From Dehalococcoidia bacterium (lineage in GTDB: Bacteria > Chloroflexota > Dehalococcoidia > Bin125), in NCBI GenBank assembly GCA_963555985.3, contig OY820591.1, positions 800,001 to 864,000 on the forward strand: a stretch of DNA of 64,000 bases. Direction: 5' to 3'. The notes beneath the pieces are model-generated. The model had not been told where the DNA came from. It searched no databases and saw only the letters and a program-made list of their open reading frames with translations. The translations under genes were made by a program, and so were the position numbers. Below are positions 9,394 through 19,311 of the stretch, in pieces. Each line of letters begins with the position of its first letter. The first letter of the stretch is position 1.

Positions 9394-10533
9394 ATGGCTG
9401 TATTGACGCGGTATTTGCAGGGACGGATGGGGCGCGCGATCGCCCTGCTGCTGGCCTCTGCGCTACTGGCGGCTGTTGCTGCCGGCGCCTGTAGCGACGA
9501 CGACGAACAGCAGCAGGCGGCGCCGGCGGCGGCGGTCAGCGGCGAGGGCGCCGGTGACACGGTCGCGCTGGTCAAGGACCGTGGCGTACTGAAGTGCGGC
9601 GTCAAGCAGACCCAGCCGCTCTTCGGCTTTAAAGAGGCTGACGGCAGCGTGGTCGGCTTCGATGTCGAGTTCTGCAAGGCGCTGGCAGCCGCGCTGGAGG
9701 TCGACCTCGAGCTGATTGACGCCTCCGACGCCTCCACCCGCTTCGAACTGCTCAACGACGGCCAGATCGACGTGCTGATCCGCACGACCACGATCACCGC
9801 CTCGCGCGACCGCGAACTGGGCGTCGACTTCGCTCAGACCACCTTCTACACCGGTCAGGCCTTCGCCGTGCGCACGGACTCCGGCATCAACTCGACCGCA
9901 GATATGGGCGACGCCACCATCTGTGTCCAGACCGGTACGACCACTGAACAGAACGTGGCCGACCACTTCACCGACATCGGCCTCGTCTACGACCCGCAGG
10001 GCGGTCTGAGCCAGGACGTGGCGGATGCCTTCTTCAGCGGCCGCTGCGACGTGCTGACCGCCGACGCCTCCGACCTCGCCTCGCGGATCGCTGTCCGCGA
10101 CGACCGCAACGACTACAAGATCCTCGACCAGATCATCTCCAAGGAGCCGCTGGCTCCCGGCGTCCGCGACTACGACAGCGAATGGAAAGACGTAGTCAAC
10201 TGGGTCGTCCACGGCCTGATCTTCGCCGAGGAAGAGGGCATCACCCAGGGCAACGTCGCGGCGCTGGCGGCGAACCCGCCGAACACCACGATCGCGCGTC
10301 TGCTCGGCGTCTCCTACGAGGGCGGCGAGGTCAGCACGCTCGGCTTCGACTCGGTCGGCGCGCAGTTCATCCAGCGCGCGCTCGCCGCAGTCGGCAACTA
10401 CGGCGAGATCTACGCTCGCACGATTGGCGACTACATCCCGCGCGCCTGCTCGCTGAACGCGCTGGCGATCGACGACTCGGTCGCCTGCCCGGCCGGGACC
10501 GGCGGCATCCTCTACGCGTTGCCCTTCCGCTAA
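9394..10533 (+). CDS. aapJ: General L-amino acid ABC transporter substrate-binding lipoprotein
   Basis: Lipobox AGAC; RGVLKCGV, GFDVEFCKALAAA, ISKEPLAP, GNYGEIY and C-terminal YALPFR. Confidence 0.88.
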   Translation: MAVLTRYLQGRMGRAIALLLASALLAAVAAGACSDDDEQQQAAPAAAVSGEGAGDTVALVKDRGVLKCGVKQTQPLFGFKEADGSVVGFDVEFCKALAAALEVDLELIDASDASTRFELLNDGQIDVLIRTTTITASRDRELGVDFAQTTFYTGQAFAVRTDSGINSTADMGDATICVQTGTTTEQNVADHFTDIGLVYDPQGGLSQDVADAFFSGRCDVLTADASDLASRIAVRDDRNDYKILDQIISKEPLAPGVRDYDSEWKDVVNWVVHGLIFAEEEGITQGNVAALAANPPNTTIARLLGVSYEGGEVSTLGFDSVGAQFIQRALAAVGNYGEIYARTIGDYIPRACSLNALAIDDSVACPAGTGGILYALPFR

Positions 10534-10572
10534 ACGGACGCGGTTGATCACCGCGATCGAGACGCGACCAAC

Positions 10573-10603
10573 GAGGCCGCCACCGCATCTGCGGGGCGGC
10601 CTC
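10573..10603 (+). terminator. GC-rich hairpin after aapJ (terminator or mRNA-stabilising stem)
   Basis: GAGGCCGCC-ACCGCATCTGCGG-GGCGGCCTC inverted repeat; weak U-tract. Confidence 0.55.
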
Positions 10604-10691
10604 AGTTGTGTTCTGCGTATGTTCCGATCCGCACGGGCGGGTCGTCTAGAGATGTACTGCCATAAGAACTGCATCAGGTAGCTTGTTGCAC

Positions 10692-11894
10692 ATGTCTGCA
10701 AGCGCACCCACCGACAGCTCCGCCGGCGCTCCGGTTCCGCTGCTCTATCGGCGCGGTTTCCGCACCCTGCTCCAGCAGGGCGCATATGTAGCTGTCACCG
10801 CGATCGTTGCGGCGTATGTGATCTCGTCGCTCGATCTGCGCGACTTCGGATTCGGCTTCCTCAGCGATCCGGCCGCGTTCAAGGTTGGGAATCAGTGGCT
10901 GATCGACATTGACGGCGTGACCAATGACCGGATCACCATGTATCTGGTGGGGGTGTGGTCGACGGTGCGGGCCGTGTTGGTCGCCATTCTTCTGTCCACG
11001 ATCGTCGGTGTCGTGGTCGGGGTCGCGCGACTGTCCTCGAACTGGCTCGTGGCGAAGATGGCGATGCTGTTCGTCGAGATCTTCCGCAACACGCCGCTGC
11101 TGGTCCAGATCGTGATCTGGTACGCGATCCTGTTGGTCGGTGCGCCAATCATCCAGAACGTGGTCAACGTCGGCGACTTCTTCTTCCTCTCCAATCGAGG
11201 GATCGCGATTCCCTGGCCGGTACCGTCCGCGGGCCTCTGGGACGCCGGCGATTGGCTGGTCGGGGTCTGGGTGGCGATCCTGGTCGTGCTCGGCGTGATC
11301 GCGATGCGGGTACGCAGTGGGCGACAGGATCTCGAACGCCAAACCGGTCAGGTGCAGTACGCGAACCGCTGGGCGCTGGGCTTGTTCGCCGCCGGAGCGC
11401 TGATCTCATTCCTCTTGCTCGGCGCGCCGGTGAGCATCGATCGACCGTTCGTCGAGGGCACGCACTATGTCGAAGGGATGGTGATCGAGCCGGAGTTTGC
11501 CGCCCTGGTGCTGGGGCTCACGGTCTACACCGGCGCATTCATCGCCGAGATCGTCCGCGCCAGCATCCAGGCGCTGCCCAGAGGGCAGACCGAGGCGGCG
11601 AACGCGATCGGCCTGAGCGGTTATCAGCGGCTGACGTTGATCATCCTGCCGCAGGCGCTGCGACAGATGATCCCCTCGGTCACCAACCAGTTCCTGAACG
11701 TGAACAAGAACTCGTCGATCGCCTACGCAGTGCTGTTCGACGACCTGTTCCGAGTCGCCACGATCATCCAGAACAAAGCAGGCCACGCGCTGGAGATGTT
11801 CGTGGTGATCATCGTGACCTACATGCTGATCTCGTTTGCGATCTCGGCCGTGATGAACGTGTTCAACGCGCGTGTCACGCGGACCGAGGTCTAA
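10692..11894 (+). CDS. aapQ: Amino acid ABC transporter permease
   Basis: VEIFRNTPLLVQ and AFIAEIVRASIQALPRGQTEAA (EAA loop). Confidence 0.88.
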   Translation: MSASAPTDSSAGAPVPLLYRRGFRTLLQQGAYVAVTAIVAAYVISSLDLRDFGFGFLSDPAAFKVGNQWLIDIDGVTNDRITMYLVGVWSTVRAVLVAILLSTIVGVVVGVARLSSNWLVAKMAMLFVEIFRNTPLLVQIVIWYAILLVGAPIIQNVVNVGDFFFLSNRGIAIPWPVPSAGLWDAGDWLVGVWVAILVVLGVIAMRVRSGRQDLERQTGQVQYANRWALGLFAAGALISFLLLGAPVSIDRPFVEGTHYVEGMVIEPEFAALVLGLTVYTGAFIAEIVRASIQALPRGQTEAANAIGLSGYQRLTLIILPQALRQMIPSVTNQFLNVNKNSSIAYAVLFDDLFRVATIIQNKAGHALEMFVVIIVTYMLISFAISAVMNVFNARVTRTEV

Positions 11895-11907
11895 GGAGGG
11901 TACGTCG

Positions 11908-13143
11908 ATGGCGGAGATGCCGGTACCCCAGCAGCCGCGAATCGTGCTGCCGCCGCATCGTCAGCGGGCGCATCGCCCCCGTTCCGTGCGCGCGCGCGAG
12001 TGGGTGCGCCGCAACCTCTTCCCCTCCAGAGGCGGCACTGCGCTCACGCTGCTCGCGGCGGCGATCATCGGCGTCGTCATCGCCGGTGTGATCTGGTTCG
12101 TCTTCTTCGAGGCGAACTGGCGCGTTGTCACCGTCAATCGTGAGTTGCTCTTTGCCGGGGCCTTCCCCGACGGCGAGTTCTGGCGGCTCTGGGTCGGCAT
12201 TGCGTTCGTGTTCACCTTGATCGGCTTGGCCTACGGAACCTGGTCGAGCCTGGGCCGCCGCGATCATCTCTTCATCGCGCTGGCGGGCGGGTTTGTCGTG
12301 TTCCTAATGGCCCATGGCGGCGCGGCGATCTGGTCGACGGTCTGGTTCTTGGTTGCGATTGGCTTGCTCTACGTCGGTTACTTCATCGCTCTGCAACTCC
12401 CGCGCGAGGCGGGACCGCGGCGAACCGTGCAAACACGTACGGTCGCCGCACTGTTGGTGCTCTCGCTGCCGATTGTGCTGCTCATTCTGATGGTCGCCGG
12501 GGGCGCGAATACGCGGCAGTTCGACGGGTTCGTGCTCAACCTGATCCTCGCTCCGGTCGGCATCGTGGGCGGGATCGTGGTCGCGATCCCGCTGGCGATG
12601 GGTCGCGCCTCGCGGATGAAGACAATTTCGTGGACCTGCACGGCCTACATCGAAGTCGTGCGCGGCGCGCCGCTGCTGGGTTGGTTGTTCGTGGCACTGT
12701 TCATCCTCGACGACGTGATCGGCGGCGACCTGATCATTCGCACGATGGTGGTGCTGGCGGTGTTCACCGGGGCCTACATGGCCGAGTACCTGCGCGGCGC
12801 GTTGCAGGCGCTGCCGGGCGGCCAGTATGAGGCGGCTCATGCGGTCGGCCTGAATCGGCTCCAGGCGATGCGCCTGATCATTCTGCCGCAAGCGTTCCGG
12901 ATCTCGATTCCGCCGATGGTCGGTCAAGCGATCGCGATCTGGAAAGACACGACGCTGGTGACGGTGATCCTGCCCTTGCGCGAGCTCAAAGGGAACGCGG
13001 ACTCGGCGATTGGGCAGGTGGAATTCACGCCGGATCGGATCGAGGCGTTCGTCTTCGTGGCGGTGATCTTCTGGATTGTGGCCTTCGTGATGTCGCGGAT
13101 TTCGCAGCGGATCGAGCGTTCGCAGGGGATCGGCGAGCGCTAG
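11908..13143 (+). CDS. aapM: Amino acid ABC transporter permease
   Basis: YIEVVRGAPL and AYMAEYLRGALQALPGGQYEAA; AAGGAGG RBS. Confidence 0.88.
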   Translation: MAEMPVPQQPRIVLPPHRQRAHRPRSVRAREWVRRNLFPSRGGTALTLLAAAIIGVVIAGVIWFVFFEANWRVVTVNRELLFAGAFPDGEFWRLWVGIAFVFTLIGLAYGTWSSLGRRDHLFIALAGGFVVFLMAHGGAAIWSTVWFLVAIGLLYVGYFIALQLPREAGPRRTVQTRTVAALLVLSLPIVLLILMVAGGANTRQFDGFVLNLILAPVGIVGGIVVAIPLAMGRASRMKTISWTCTAYIEVVRGAPLLGWLFVALFILDDVIGGDLIIRTMVVLAVFTGAYMAEYLRGALQALPGGQYEAAHAVGLNRLQAMRLIILPQAFRISIPPMVGQAIAIWKDTTLVTVILPLRELKGNADSAIGQVEFTPDRIEAFVFVAVIFWIVAFVMSRISQRIERSQGIGER

Positions 13144-13147
13144 ACGG

Positions 13148-13441
13148 TCAGTCCACCACCTCCGCCGTGTCGCTGAGTTCCGGCGCCCAGAGCGGGTACT
13201 CAGGCTCGGCGAAGCGAGTCCCTTCGGGAAGGGCGACCTCAACGACCGCAGCATCAACACAGGATGGCGCTGGAACCGCCTCACCGTCTTCGACGGTTCC
13301 TTCAATATGAAACTCGATCGCCTCGCGAATCATCTCCTTCGTCTCTTCGAGAGTGTCGCCGACAGCGACGCAGCCCGGCAAGTCCGGCACAAAGGCTCCG
13401 TAGCTGTTCGGCGCTCTCTCGAATACGACCACGTATCTCAT
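13148..13441 (-). CDS. hicB: HicB family antitoxin
   Basis: YGAFVPDLPGCVAVGDTLEE..EAIEFHIEG. Confidence 0.9.
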   Translation of the reverse strand: MRYVVVFERAPNSYGAFVPDLPGCVAVGDTLEETKEMIREAIEFHIEGTVEDGEAVPAPSCVDAAVVEVALPEGTRFAEPEYPLWAPELSDTAEVVD

Positions 13442-13640
13442 CGCCGGTCCCTCCCGCTCAGTCCCGCTTGTTCCAAGATACTTTTCCAGATCTCGGTCAG
13501 AACGTCCTTGGACGGTCGTCCGGCAATCGTCACCTTGCCCGGCTTCGTCGGTGCTTGAAGTGGCGGTGGCTGCCGCGCTGACGGACGAAACACCATCCGT
13601 CCGCCTCCACGATCTCGATGGCCTCTCTCACCTTCGGCAT
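13438..13640 (-). pseudogene. hicA: HicA toxin with a 1-nt frameshift
   Basis: MPKVREAIEIVEADGWCFVRQRGSHRHFKH, continuing in a shifted frame as (P)TKPGKVTIAGRPSKDV..SILEQAGL; 203 bp, one C short near 13550. Confidence 0.85.
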
Positions 13641-13747
13641 GAATTCACAGCCTGTTCCCCCGGGGTTCACTTGCCCCATCGGAGTCGCACGGCGGTGAGG
13701 CTACCGCTAGCATCGCAGCAGAACGCGCAAGGTTGAGAGGGTGGGAC

Positions 13748-14584
13748 ATGCCCGACGAACTTTCCCCGGCGAGCATCATCGCTGAGCCGGCCGGACCGAA
13801 AGGCGTGACCGAACACGACGAGCCGGCGCCGGCCAACGGCCGCCTCGCCGGGGCCGAGGACATCATCATCGCCGAGAACGTGGACAAGTGGTTCGGCGAC
13901 TTCCAGGCGCTTGACGATGTCTCGATGCGGGTCAAAGAACACGAGATCGTCGTGATTCTCGGCCCCTCCGGTTCCGGCAAATCGACCTTCATTCGTTGCC
14001 TCAACCGGCTTGAGGAGCACGATGCGGGGCGGATCGTGATCGACGGCTATGAGATGAATGAGGATGTGCGCAACCTGAACGCGATCCGTTCAGAGGTGGG
14101 GATGGTTTTCCAGCAGTTCAACCTGTTCCCGCATCTCTCCGTCTTGAGCAACATCACGCTGGGCCCGCAGAAGGTTCGACACTTGCCGAAGCTGGACGCG
14201 GAGGCGCGGGCGATGCAGTTGCTTGAGCGGGTGGGCATTCCCGAGCAGGCGGACAAGTATCCGGCGCAGTTGTCGGGCGGGCAGCAGCAGCGCGTCGCGA
14301 TTGCGCGCGCGCTCGCGATGGACCCCAAGATCATGCTCTTCGACGAGCCGACCTCGGCGCTCGACCCGGAGATGATCAAGGAAGTCCTCGACGTGATGCA
14401 GGAACTGGCAGAGTCCGGCATGACCATGCTCGTCGTCACCCACGAGATGGGCTTCGCGCGCGAGGTCTGCGACCGACTCGTCTTCTTCGATGAAGGAGCG
14501 CTGGTCGAAGAGGGGACGCCGGAGCACTTCTTCACCAACCCGCGCGAGGAGCGCACGAAGCTCTTCCTGAGCCAGATTCTGTAG
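13748..14584 (+). CDS. aapP: Amino acid ABC transporter ATP-binding protein
   Basis: [24 protein letters not shown] and [11 protein letters not shown]. Confidence 0.92.
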   Translation: MPDELSPASIIAEPAGPKGVTEHDEPAPANGRLAGAEDIIIAENVDKWFGDFQALDDVSMRVKEHEIVVILGPSGSGKSTFIRCLNRLEEHDAGRIVIDGYEMNEDVRNLNAIRSEVGMVFQQFNLFPHLSVLSNITLGPQKVRHLPKLDAEARAMQLLERVGIPEQADKYPAQLSGGQQQRVAIARALAMDPKIMLFDEPTSALDPEMIKEVLDVMQELAESGMTMLVVTHEMGFAREVCDRLVFFDEGALVEEGTPEHFFTNPREERTKLFLSQIL

Positions 14585-14594
14585 GGAGATCGCT

Positions 14595-15314
14595 GTGGCG
14601 GCAGCTTTGTCCGGCGTGAAGGCGCTGACCTTCGATGTGTTCGGGACGGTCGTGGATTGGCGCAGTTCGGTCAGCGCGGAGTTGGAGACGTTCGGGGCGC
14701 GGCATGGGATCGAGGCGGATTGGGGCATGATCTGCGACCGTTGGCGGCGCGAGGGCTACGCGGGCGGGATGCAGTTGGTGCGCAAGGGGGAGTTGCCGTT
14801 TCAAACCGCCGACGGTTTGCATCGGCGAATGCTGGACATGCTCTTGGAGGAGCTTGGGGCTGAGGCTGATGAGGCAGAAGTGGTCGATCTCAACCGAGCC
14901 TGGCACCGGCTGCATCCCTGGCCGGATTCGCCGGGCGGGCTGGCGCGGCTGCGTTCGCGCTTCATCGTCTCGACGCTCTCGAACGGCAATGTGGAGTTGC
15001 TGGTGAACATGGCCAAGTTCGGCGGTTTGCCCTGGGATTGCGTGCTTTCGGCGGAGATCACCGGGGCGTTCAAGCCGGAGCCGCAGTGTTATCAGCGGGC
15101 GGCGGAGCTGCTGGGCTGCGAGAGCGGTGAGGTGATGATGGTGGCTGCGCATCAGGGCGACCTGCTCGCCGCGGCTGCGACGGGAATGCGCACGGCGTTC
15201 GTGCCGCGTCCGAAGGAGGCGGGGCCAAACTTCCCGGTTGATCTGACGCCTGATCCGTCGTTCGATATCGTCGCAACCGACTTTCACGATCTTGCGGCGC
15301 AGCTTGGCTGTTAG
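14595..15314 (+). CDS. Haloacid dehalogenase type II
   Basis: FDVFGTVVDW, LSNGN, FKPEP and MVAAH..DL. Confidence 0.9.
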   Translation: MAAALSGVKALTFDVFGTVVDWRSSVSAELETFGARHGIEADWGMICDRWRREGYAGGMQLVRKGELPFQTADGLHRRMLDMLLEELGAEADEAEVVDLNRAWHRLHPWPDSPGGLARLRSRFIVSTLSNGNVELLVNMAKFGGLPWDCVLSAEITGAFKPEPQCYQRAAELLGCESGEVMMVAAHQGDLLAAAATGMRTAFVPRPKEAGPNFPVDLTPDPSFDIVATDFHDLAAQLGC

Positions 15315-15324
15315 GGAGCTTCCA

Positions 15325-16122
15325 ATGACCCTCGATCCATCCGCCTACACCACGATCGATATCGACATTCGCTCCGATGGGGTGGCTGTCGCCACGCTGA
15401 ACCGGCCGGAGAAGCTGAATGCGGTGAACTCGGCGATGCACCGGGAGTTGGCTTCGCTGCCGGTGGATGCGAACCGCGATCCTGCGGTGCGAGCACTGGT
15501 GCTGACCGGCGCGGGGCGCGCCTTCTGCGCGGGCGGCGACTTCTCCGCCGACCGCGATGAACCGATGGGCGGGCGCTATCTGAACCGGATGAATGAGGCG
15601 CGGCTGATCGTCGATAACTGGCTTGACTGCGAAAAGCCCGTGGTCTGCGCGCTGAATGGATACGCGCTGGGTCTCGGTGCGACGGTCGCGCTGATGGCGG
15701 ATGTGGTCTATGCGGGGCGCTCGGCGGTATTGGGCGACACGCATGTGAACATGGGCATCGGCGCGGGCGACGGCGGCGGGGTGATCTGGCCGATGCTGGT
15801 GGGACCCTCGCGGGCGAAGTACTACCTGATGACCGGTGAGCACATCAAGGCGGAACAGGCGCTGGCCTTGGGTCTGGTGCAGGATGTGGTGGAGGACGAC
15901 GAGCTGATGCCGACGGCGCTGGCGCTGGCGGAGCGGTTGGCGAACGGGCCGTTGGGCGCGATTTCGGCCTCCAAGGTGCCGATCAACAAGTGGATCAAGC
16001 ACGTCTCGAACATGGTGCTGCCGCTCTCGCTGGCGATGGAGGAAGTGACGATGTCGGGCTCGGACGCAGCCGAGGCGCAGGCCGCCTTCCGCGAGAAGCG
16101 GCAGCCGAACTATCAGCGCTGA
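15325..16122 (+). CDS. Enoyl-CoA hydratase/isomerase family protein
   Basis: LNRPEKLNA, AFCAGGD, ALGLG and AGDGG. Confidence 0.92.
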   Translation: MTLDPSAYTTIDIDIRSDGVAVATLNRPEKLNAVNSAMHRELASLPVDANRDPAVRALVLTGAGRAFCAGGDFSADRDEPMGGRYLNRMNEARLIVDNWLDCEKPVVCALNGYALGLGATVALMADVVYAGRSAVLGDTHVNMGIGAGDGGGVIWPMLVGPSRAKYYLMTGEHIKAEQALALGLVQDVVEDDELMPTALALAERLANGPLGAISASKVPINKWIKHVSNMVLPLSLAMEEVTMSGSDAAEAQAAFREKRQPNYQR

Positions 16123-16224
16123 GAGCCGGGCTGCGATGACGCTGCGGTGGAATGCTGCGCGTTGGCGCGCCGCTGGTAGGCTGTCTTGCGAACCGGGCGG
16201 CGTCGTGGTTGGCTGGTTGTCTGC

Positions 16225-17907
16225 ATGAACTTGACTTGGTTTGCGCGCGCCTGCGCCGCGGCGATCGTGACGTGTTGCGCGGGCGCGTTTGCGCTTGCCT
16301 GCTCGGAGGCGGATGAGGGCGGCGGCGCGGAAGCTGTCGCGCAGCAGCAGCACGCGCAAGCGGAGCCGCAGCAGCGTCCCAGCGAGCAAGAGGCGTCCAG
16401 CGCGGAGCCGCAGCAGCAGGCAGCGGTGCCATCCGGCTCTTCGAGACCGTCGTCTACGAGCGAGGACGCCGCCGGCAGCGAGCCCGAGGCGCAGGCCGCA
16501 GAGCAGCAAGAGGACGCTGCCGCCGCTGACTCCGAATCGGAAGCGCAGTCGCGCGATTCGTCGATGTCGCGACAATTGGAAGCGCAGGAGCAGCCTGCTT
16601 CGCCGTACGGCGACGACTACGGCCAGGGCGAGGAAGCGGAGCGGCCGGACGACGATCCGTCGGACGACATTCCGCCGATTCGGGATTGGCTGGCGGAGGG
16701 GACGCAGCTGACGCCGAGCGTGCCGGCGGCGGGGGACGAATACGGCTGGTCGGCGGTAGTTGAGGGCAATGTGATCGCGGTCGGCGCTCCGTATCACGAC
16801 GCCGTCGCCGAAGACGCGGGCGCGGTGTTCGTGTTCGAGCGCATCAACGGCGAGTGGGTCGAGACGGCCTATCTGCTGCCTGAGTTCGGTGAATATCACG
16901 GCTGGTTCGGTCGTTGGATCGCCATCGATCAGGGTCGGTTGGTGATTGGCGCTCCATACGAGAGCGTGCCCAACATGGCAGGCTTCGAACCGATCGGGAC
17001 CGCCGGAGCGGTCTACGTCTATGAAAAGGTGCAGGGCGTGTGGACGAGGACGGCGACGATCCTGTCGCCGCAGCCGGTCGCGGGGGCGTCGTTCGGTTGG
17101 AGCGTTGCGATTCGCGGCGAGTGGATCGCGGTGAGCGCCTGGGAGGATGTCGTGGAGGGCGTCAGCGCGGGCGCGGTCTACGTGTTCACACAGGTGAAGG
17201 GCGTGTGGTGGCCGCAGGCGCGGCTGGAGCCGAACGAGCCGTCCTACCGTCTGGGCTTCGGGCGGGATATCGAGCTCGATCAGAATGTGCTCGCGGTGGG
17301 CGCGCCCGGCGATGATCAGGTCGCCGAGGACGCGGGGGCGGTGTACATCTATCACTTCTACAACGCGGCCTGGAACTTCGCGGGCAAGTACATCGTGCCG
17401 GACGGGATCAAAGGCGACGGCCTCGGTTATCAGATCGGCTTGAGCGTGCCCTGGCTCGCGGTCGGCGCTCCCTATCAAGACGAGGCGGGCTGGGAGACCG
17501 GCGCGGTCTATCTCTGGGAGTTGTCGCGCGACATCTGGCGATCGCGGGGACGCTTGCCGGTCAGCGATATCCAGCTGGGCGACTGGTTCGGCTACGCGCC
17601 GGCGGTACAAGGCGACACGATCGTGGTCGGTTCTCCTCACCGCGCCCATCCTGAGACGCGCGTGTTCCGGGCGGGAGCGTCGTACGTGTACGTCCGCGAA
17701 GGAAGCGAGTGGAGAGAGCTGGGCGTGATCGGCCCGGTGGACGCGGTGGCGTCCGGGGAGCGGGCGGAGTTCGGCTGGGTGACGGATGTAGACGGGAGCA
17801 CGGTGGTGGTGGGGGCGTGGACGGCGAATACCGAGGAGGGCGAGAACGCGGGGCGAGCGGCGGTCTTCGAGATCGCGGAGTTGGCGGCGGATTCGGACTC
17901 GGAATAG
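16225..17907 (+). CDS. FG-GAP repeat (beta-propeller) lipoprotein with Q/E/A-rich linker
   Basis: Lipobox ALAC; about seven repeats of (F/Y)G.SVA..G..+.VGAP..D....AGAVY. Confidence 0.85.
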   Translation: MNLTWFARACAAAIVTCCAGAFALACSEADEGGGAEAVAQQQHAQAEPQQRPSEQEASSAEPQQQAAVPSGSSRPSSTSEDAAGSEPEAQAAEQQEDAAAADSESEAQSRDSSMSRQLEAQEQPASPYGDDYGQGEEAERPDDDPSDDIPPIRDWLAEGTQLTPSVPAAGDEYGWSAVVEGNVIAVGAPYHDAVAEDAGAVFVFERINGEWVETAYLLPEFGEYHGWFGRWIAIDQGRLVIGAPYESVPNMAGFEPIGTAGAVYVYEKVQGVWTRTATILSPQPVAGASFGWSVAIRGEWIAVSAWEDVVEGVSAGAVYVFTQVKGVWWPQARLEPNEPSYRLGFGRDIELDQNVLAVGAPGDDQVAEDAGAVYIYHFYNAAWNFAGKYIVPDGIKGDGLGYQIGLSVPWLAVGAPYQDEAGWETGAVYLWELSRDIWRSRGRLPVSDIQLGDWFGYAPAVQGDTIVVGSPHRAHPETRVFRAGASYVYVREGSEWRELGVIGPVDAVASGERAEFGWVTDVDGSTVVVGAWTANTEEGENAGRAAVFEIAELAADSDSE

Positions 17908-18198
17908 GGCAGTTGGGGAATTTCTGAGCGGGCGGCGCGGATTTGGCGCTGTGGGCGGTGAATTCGTCGGCAGGTAGTCCTGGATAGTCCAGATTTGTCC
18001 AGATTCGTCTGGATTACGGGATGCTTAGAGCGGAAATTGGGAGTGTGAATCCGGGTTTGTCCTGGTTTGTCCGGACGGGTTGGGGTGGTCATGGCGCGTT
18101 GCATTCGTTGCGGTCGTGGCGTTGAGTGCGGTCGATCATATACGGACGGGCGTTCTGTATAGGATCCGGTTTGGGCGGGGTGTTGCGGGGGTCACAGT
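17907..18198 (-). repeat. ~290-bp dispersed element, copy 1 (LexA-like box, TATGAT, 10-bp repeats)
   Basis: Reverse complement aligns near-colinearly with 31254-31546, including near-identical CACACTCCCAATTTCCGCTCTAAG..GTAATCCAGACGAATCTGGACAAATCTGGACTATCCAGGACTACCTG. Confidence 0.9.
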
Positions 18199-18267
18199 TG
18201 GGTTGTGGGTGTGGGGGGACTGTCCTCTGTTCCCCGCCTACGGGGAGCTTTGCGTACATCAAGGACC

Positions 18268-18500
18268 GTTATACCCGCGGTAAGCGCGGGTATAACGCCG
18301 TGATCTGCACCGCCGTCGCGCACGCGGCGAGATTGCCGCGACGGAGCGCGGCAATGACGGAGCTCATGGACTAGCGACTGACGAGCGGACATGTTGTAGC
18401 AGAGAGGACTACGGCGTTCCCACCCCCTCTGCCTGCGGCATCTCCCCCTCAAGGGGGAGATCGATCGAGATTTAGCGCAAGTCTCCTGAGAGGGGGAGAG
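18268..18500. repeat. Cluster of REP-like palindromes plus a solo MITE end
   Basis: TACCCGCG..CGCGGGTA, ATTGCCGCG..CGCGGCAATGAC and TCTCCCCCTCAAGGGGGAGA; GATTTAGCGCAAGTCTCC at 18469-18486. Confidence 0.75.
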
Positions 18501-18513
18501 TGGAGCGGGTCTG

Positions 18514-19293
18514 TTAGCGGTCGGGGCCGCGGACGGTGACGCCTCCGTCTACGGGGAGGATGACTCCGGTGACGTAGCGGGCTTCGTCGGAGGCGAGGAA
18601 GACGGCGGCCCAACCGATGTCCCAGCCTTCGCCTTCGATTTTGAGCAGGGAGGCGTTCTTGCGGCGCTCGCGGAGTTCGTCGGGCATACCGCCGGAATAC
18701 ACCATTGGCGTGTATACGGGTCCGGGCATGATGCAGTTGGCGCGGATGCGGTCGCGTCCGTGGTCGACTGCGAGGGCTTGGGTGAGAGTGGCGACGGCGG
18801 CCTTGCTCACGCTGTAGGCGGTCAGTCCACGCGGGCGGAGGGCGGCGATCGAGGAGACGTTGGTGATTGCGCCGCCGCCGTTGGCGCGGAGGGCGGGCAC
18901 GGCGTGTTTGCAGGTCAGCATCATCGAGGTGACGTTGACGCGCTGGACGTGGTCCCACTCGGCTTCGGAGACTTCTTCGACCGTGCCGCGACCGCCGATG
19001 CCGACGTTGTTGTGGAGGATGTCGAGCTTGCCGTAGCGAGTCACGGCGTCGGCCACAATCCGCGCGCAGTCTTCGGTGGCGGTCACGTCGGCGACCGCGA
19101 TGGCGGCGTCGTTGCCCTCGGCGCGGATCATGTCGAGGGTGGCCTGGACGTTGGCCTCGTCGCGGTCGACGAGAAGGAGGTCTGCGCCCTCGCGGGCGAA
19201 GAGGATGGCGGTGGCGCGTCCGTTGCCGATGCCGTCGGCGCGGGAGCCGGCGCCGGTGATGATGGCGGATTTTCCTGCAAGTCGGTTGGGCAT
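18514..19293 (-). CDS. SDR family oxidoreductase
   Basis: ITGAGS..GIGNG, NNVG, YSVSK and PVDGG. Confidence 0.93.
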   Translation of the reverse strand: MPNRLAGKSAIITGAGSRADGIGNGRATAILFAREGADLLLVDRDEANVQATLDMIRAEGNDAAIAVADVTATEDCARIVADAVTRYGKLDILHNNVGIGGRGTVEEVSEAEWDHVQRVNVTSMMLTCKHAVPALRANGGGAITNVSSIAALRPRGLTAYSVSKAAVATLTQALAVDHGRDRIRANCIMPGPVYTPMVYSGGMPDELRERRKNASLLKIEGEGWDIGWAAVFLASDEARYVTGVILPVDGGVTVRGPDR

Positions 19294-19311
19294 GGTGTTG
19301 TCCTCGTTTCG

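Noticed and set aside
10610-10624. GTTC-N7-GTTC alphaproteobacterial-type LexA box before aapQ
   Set aside because: Single occurrence, inside a transporter operon, and the wrong box type for the inferred lineage.
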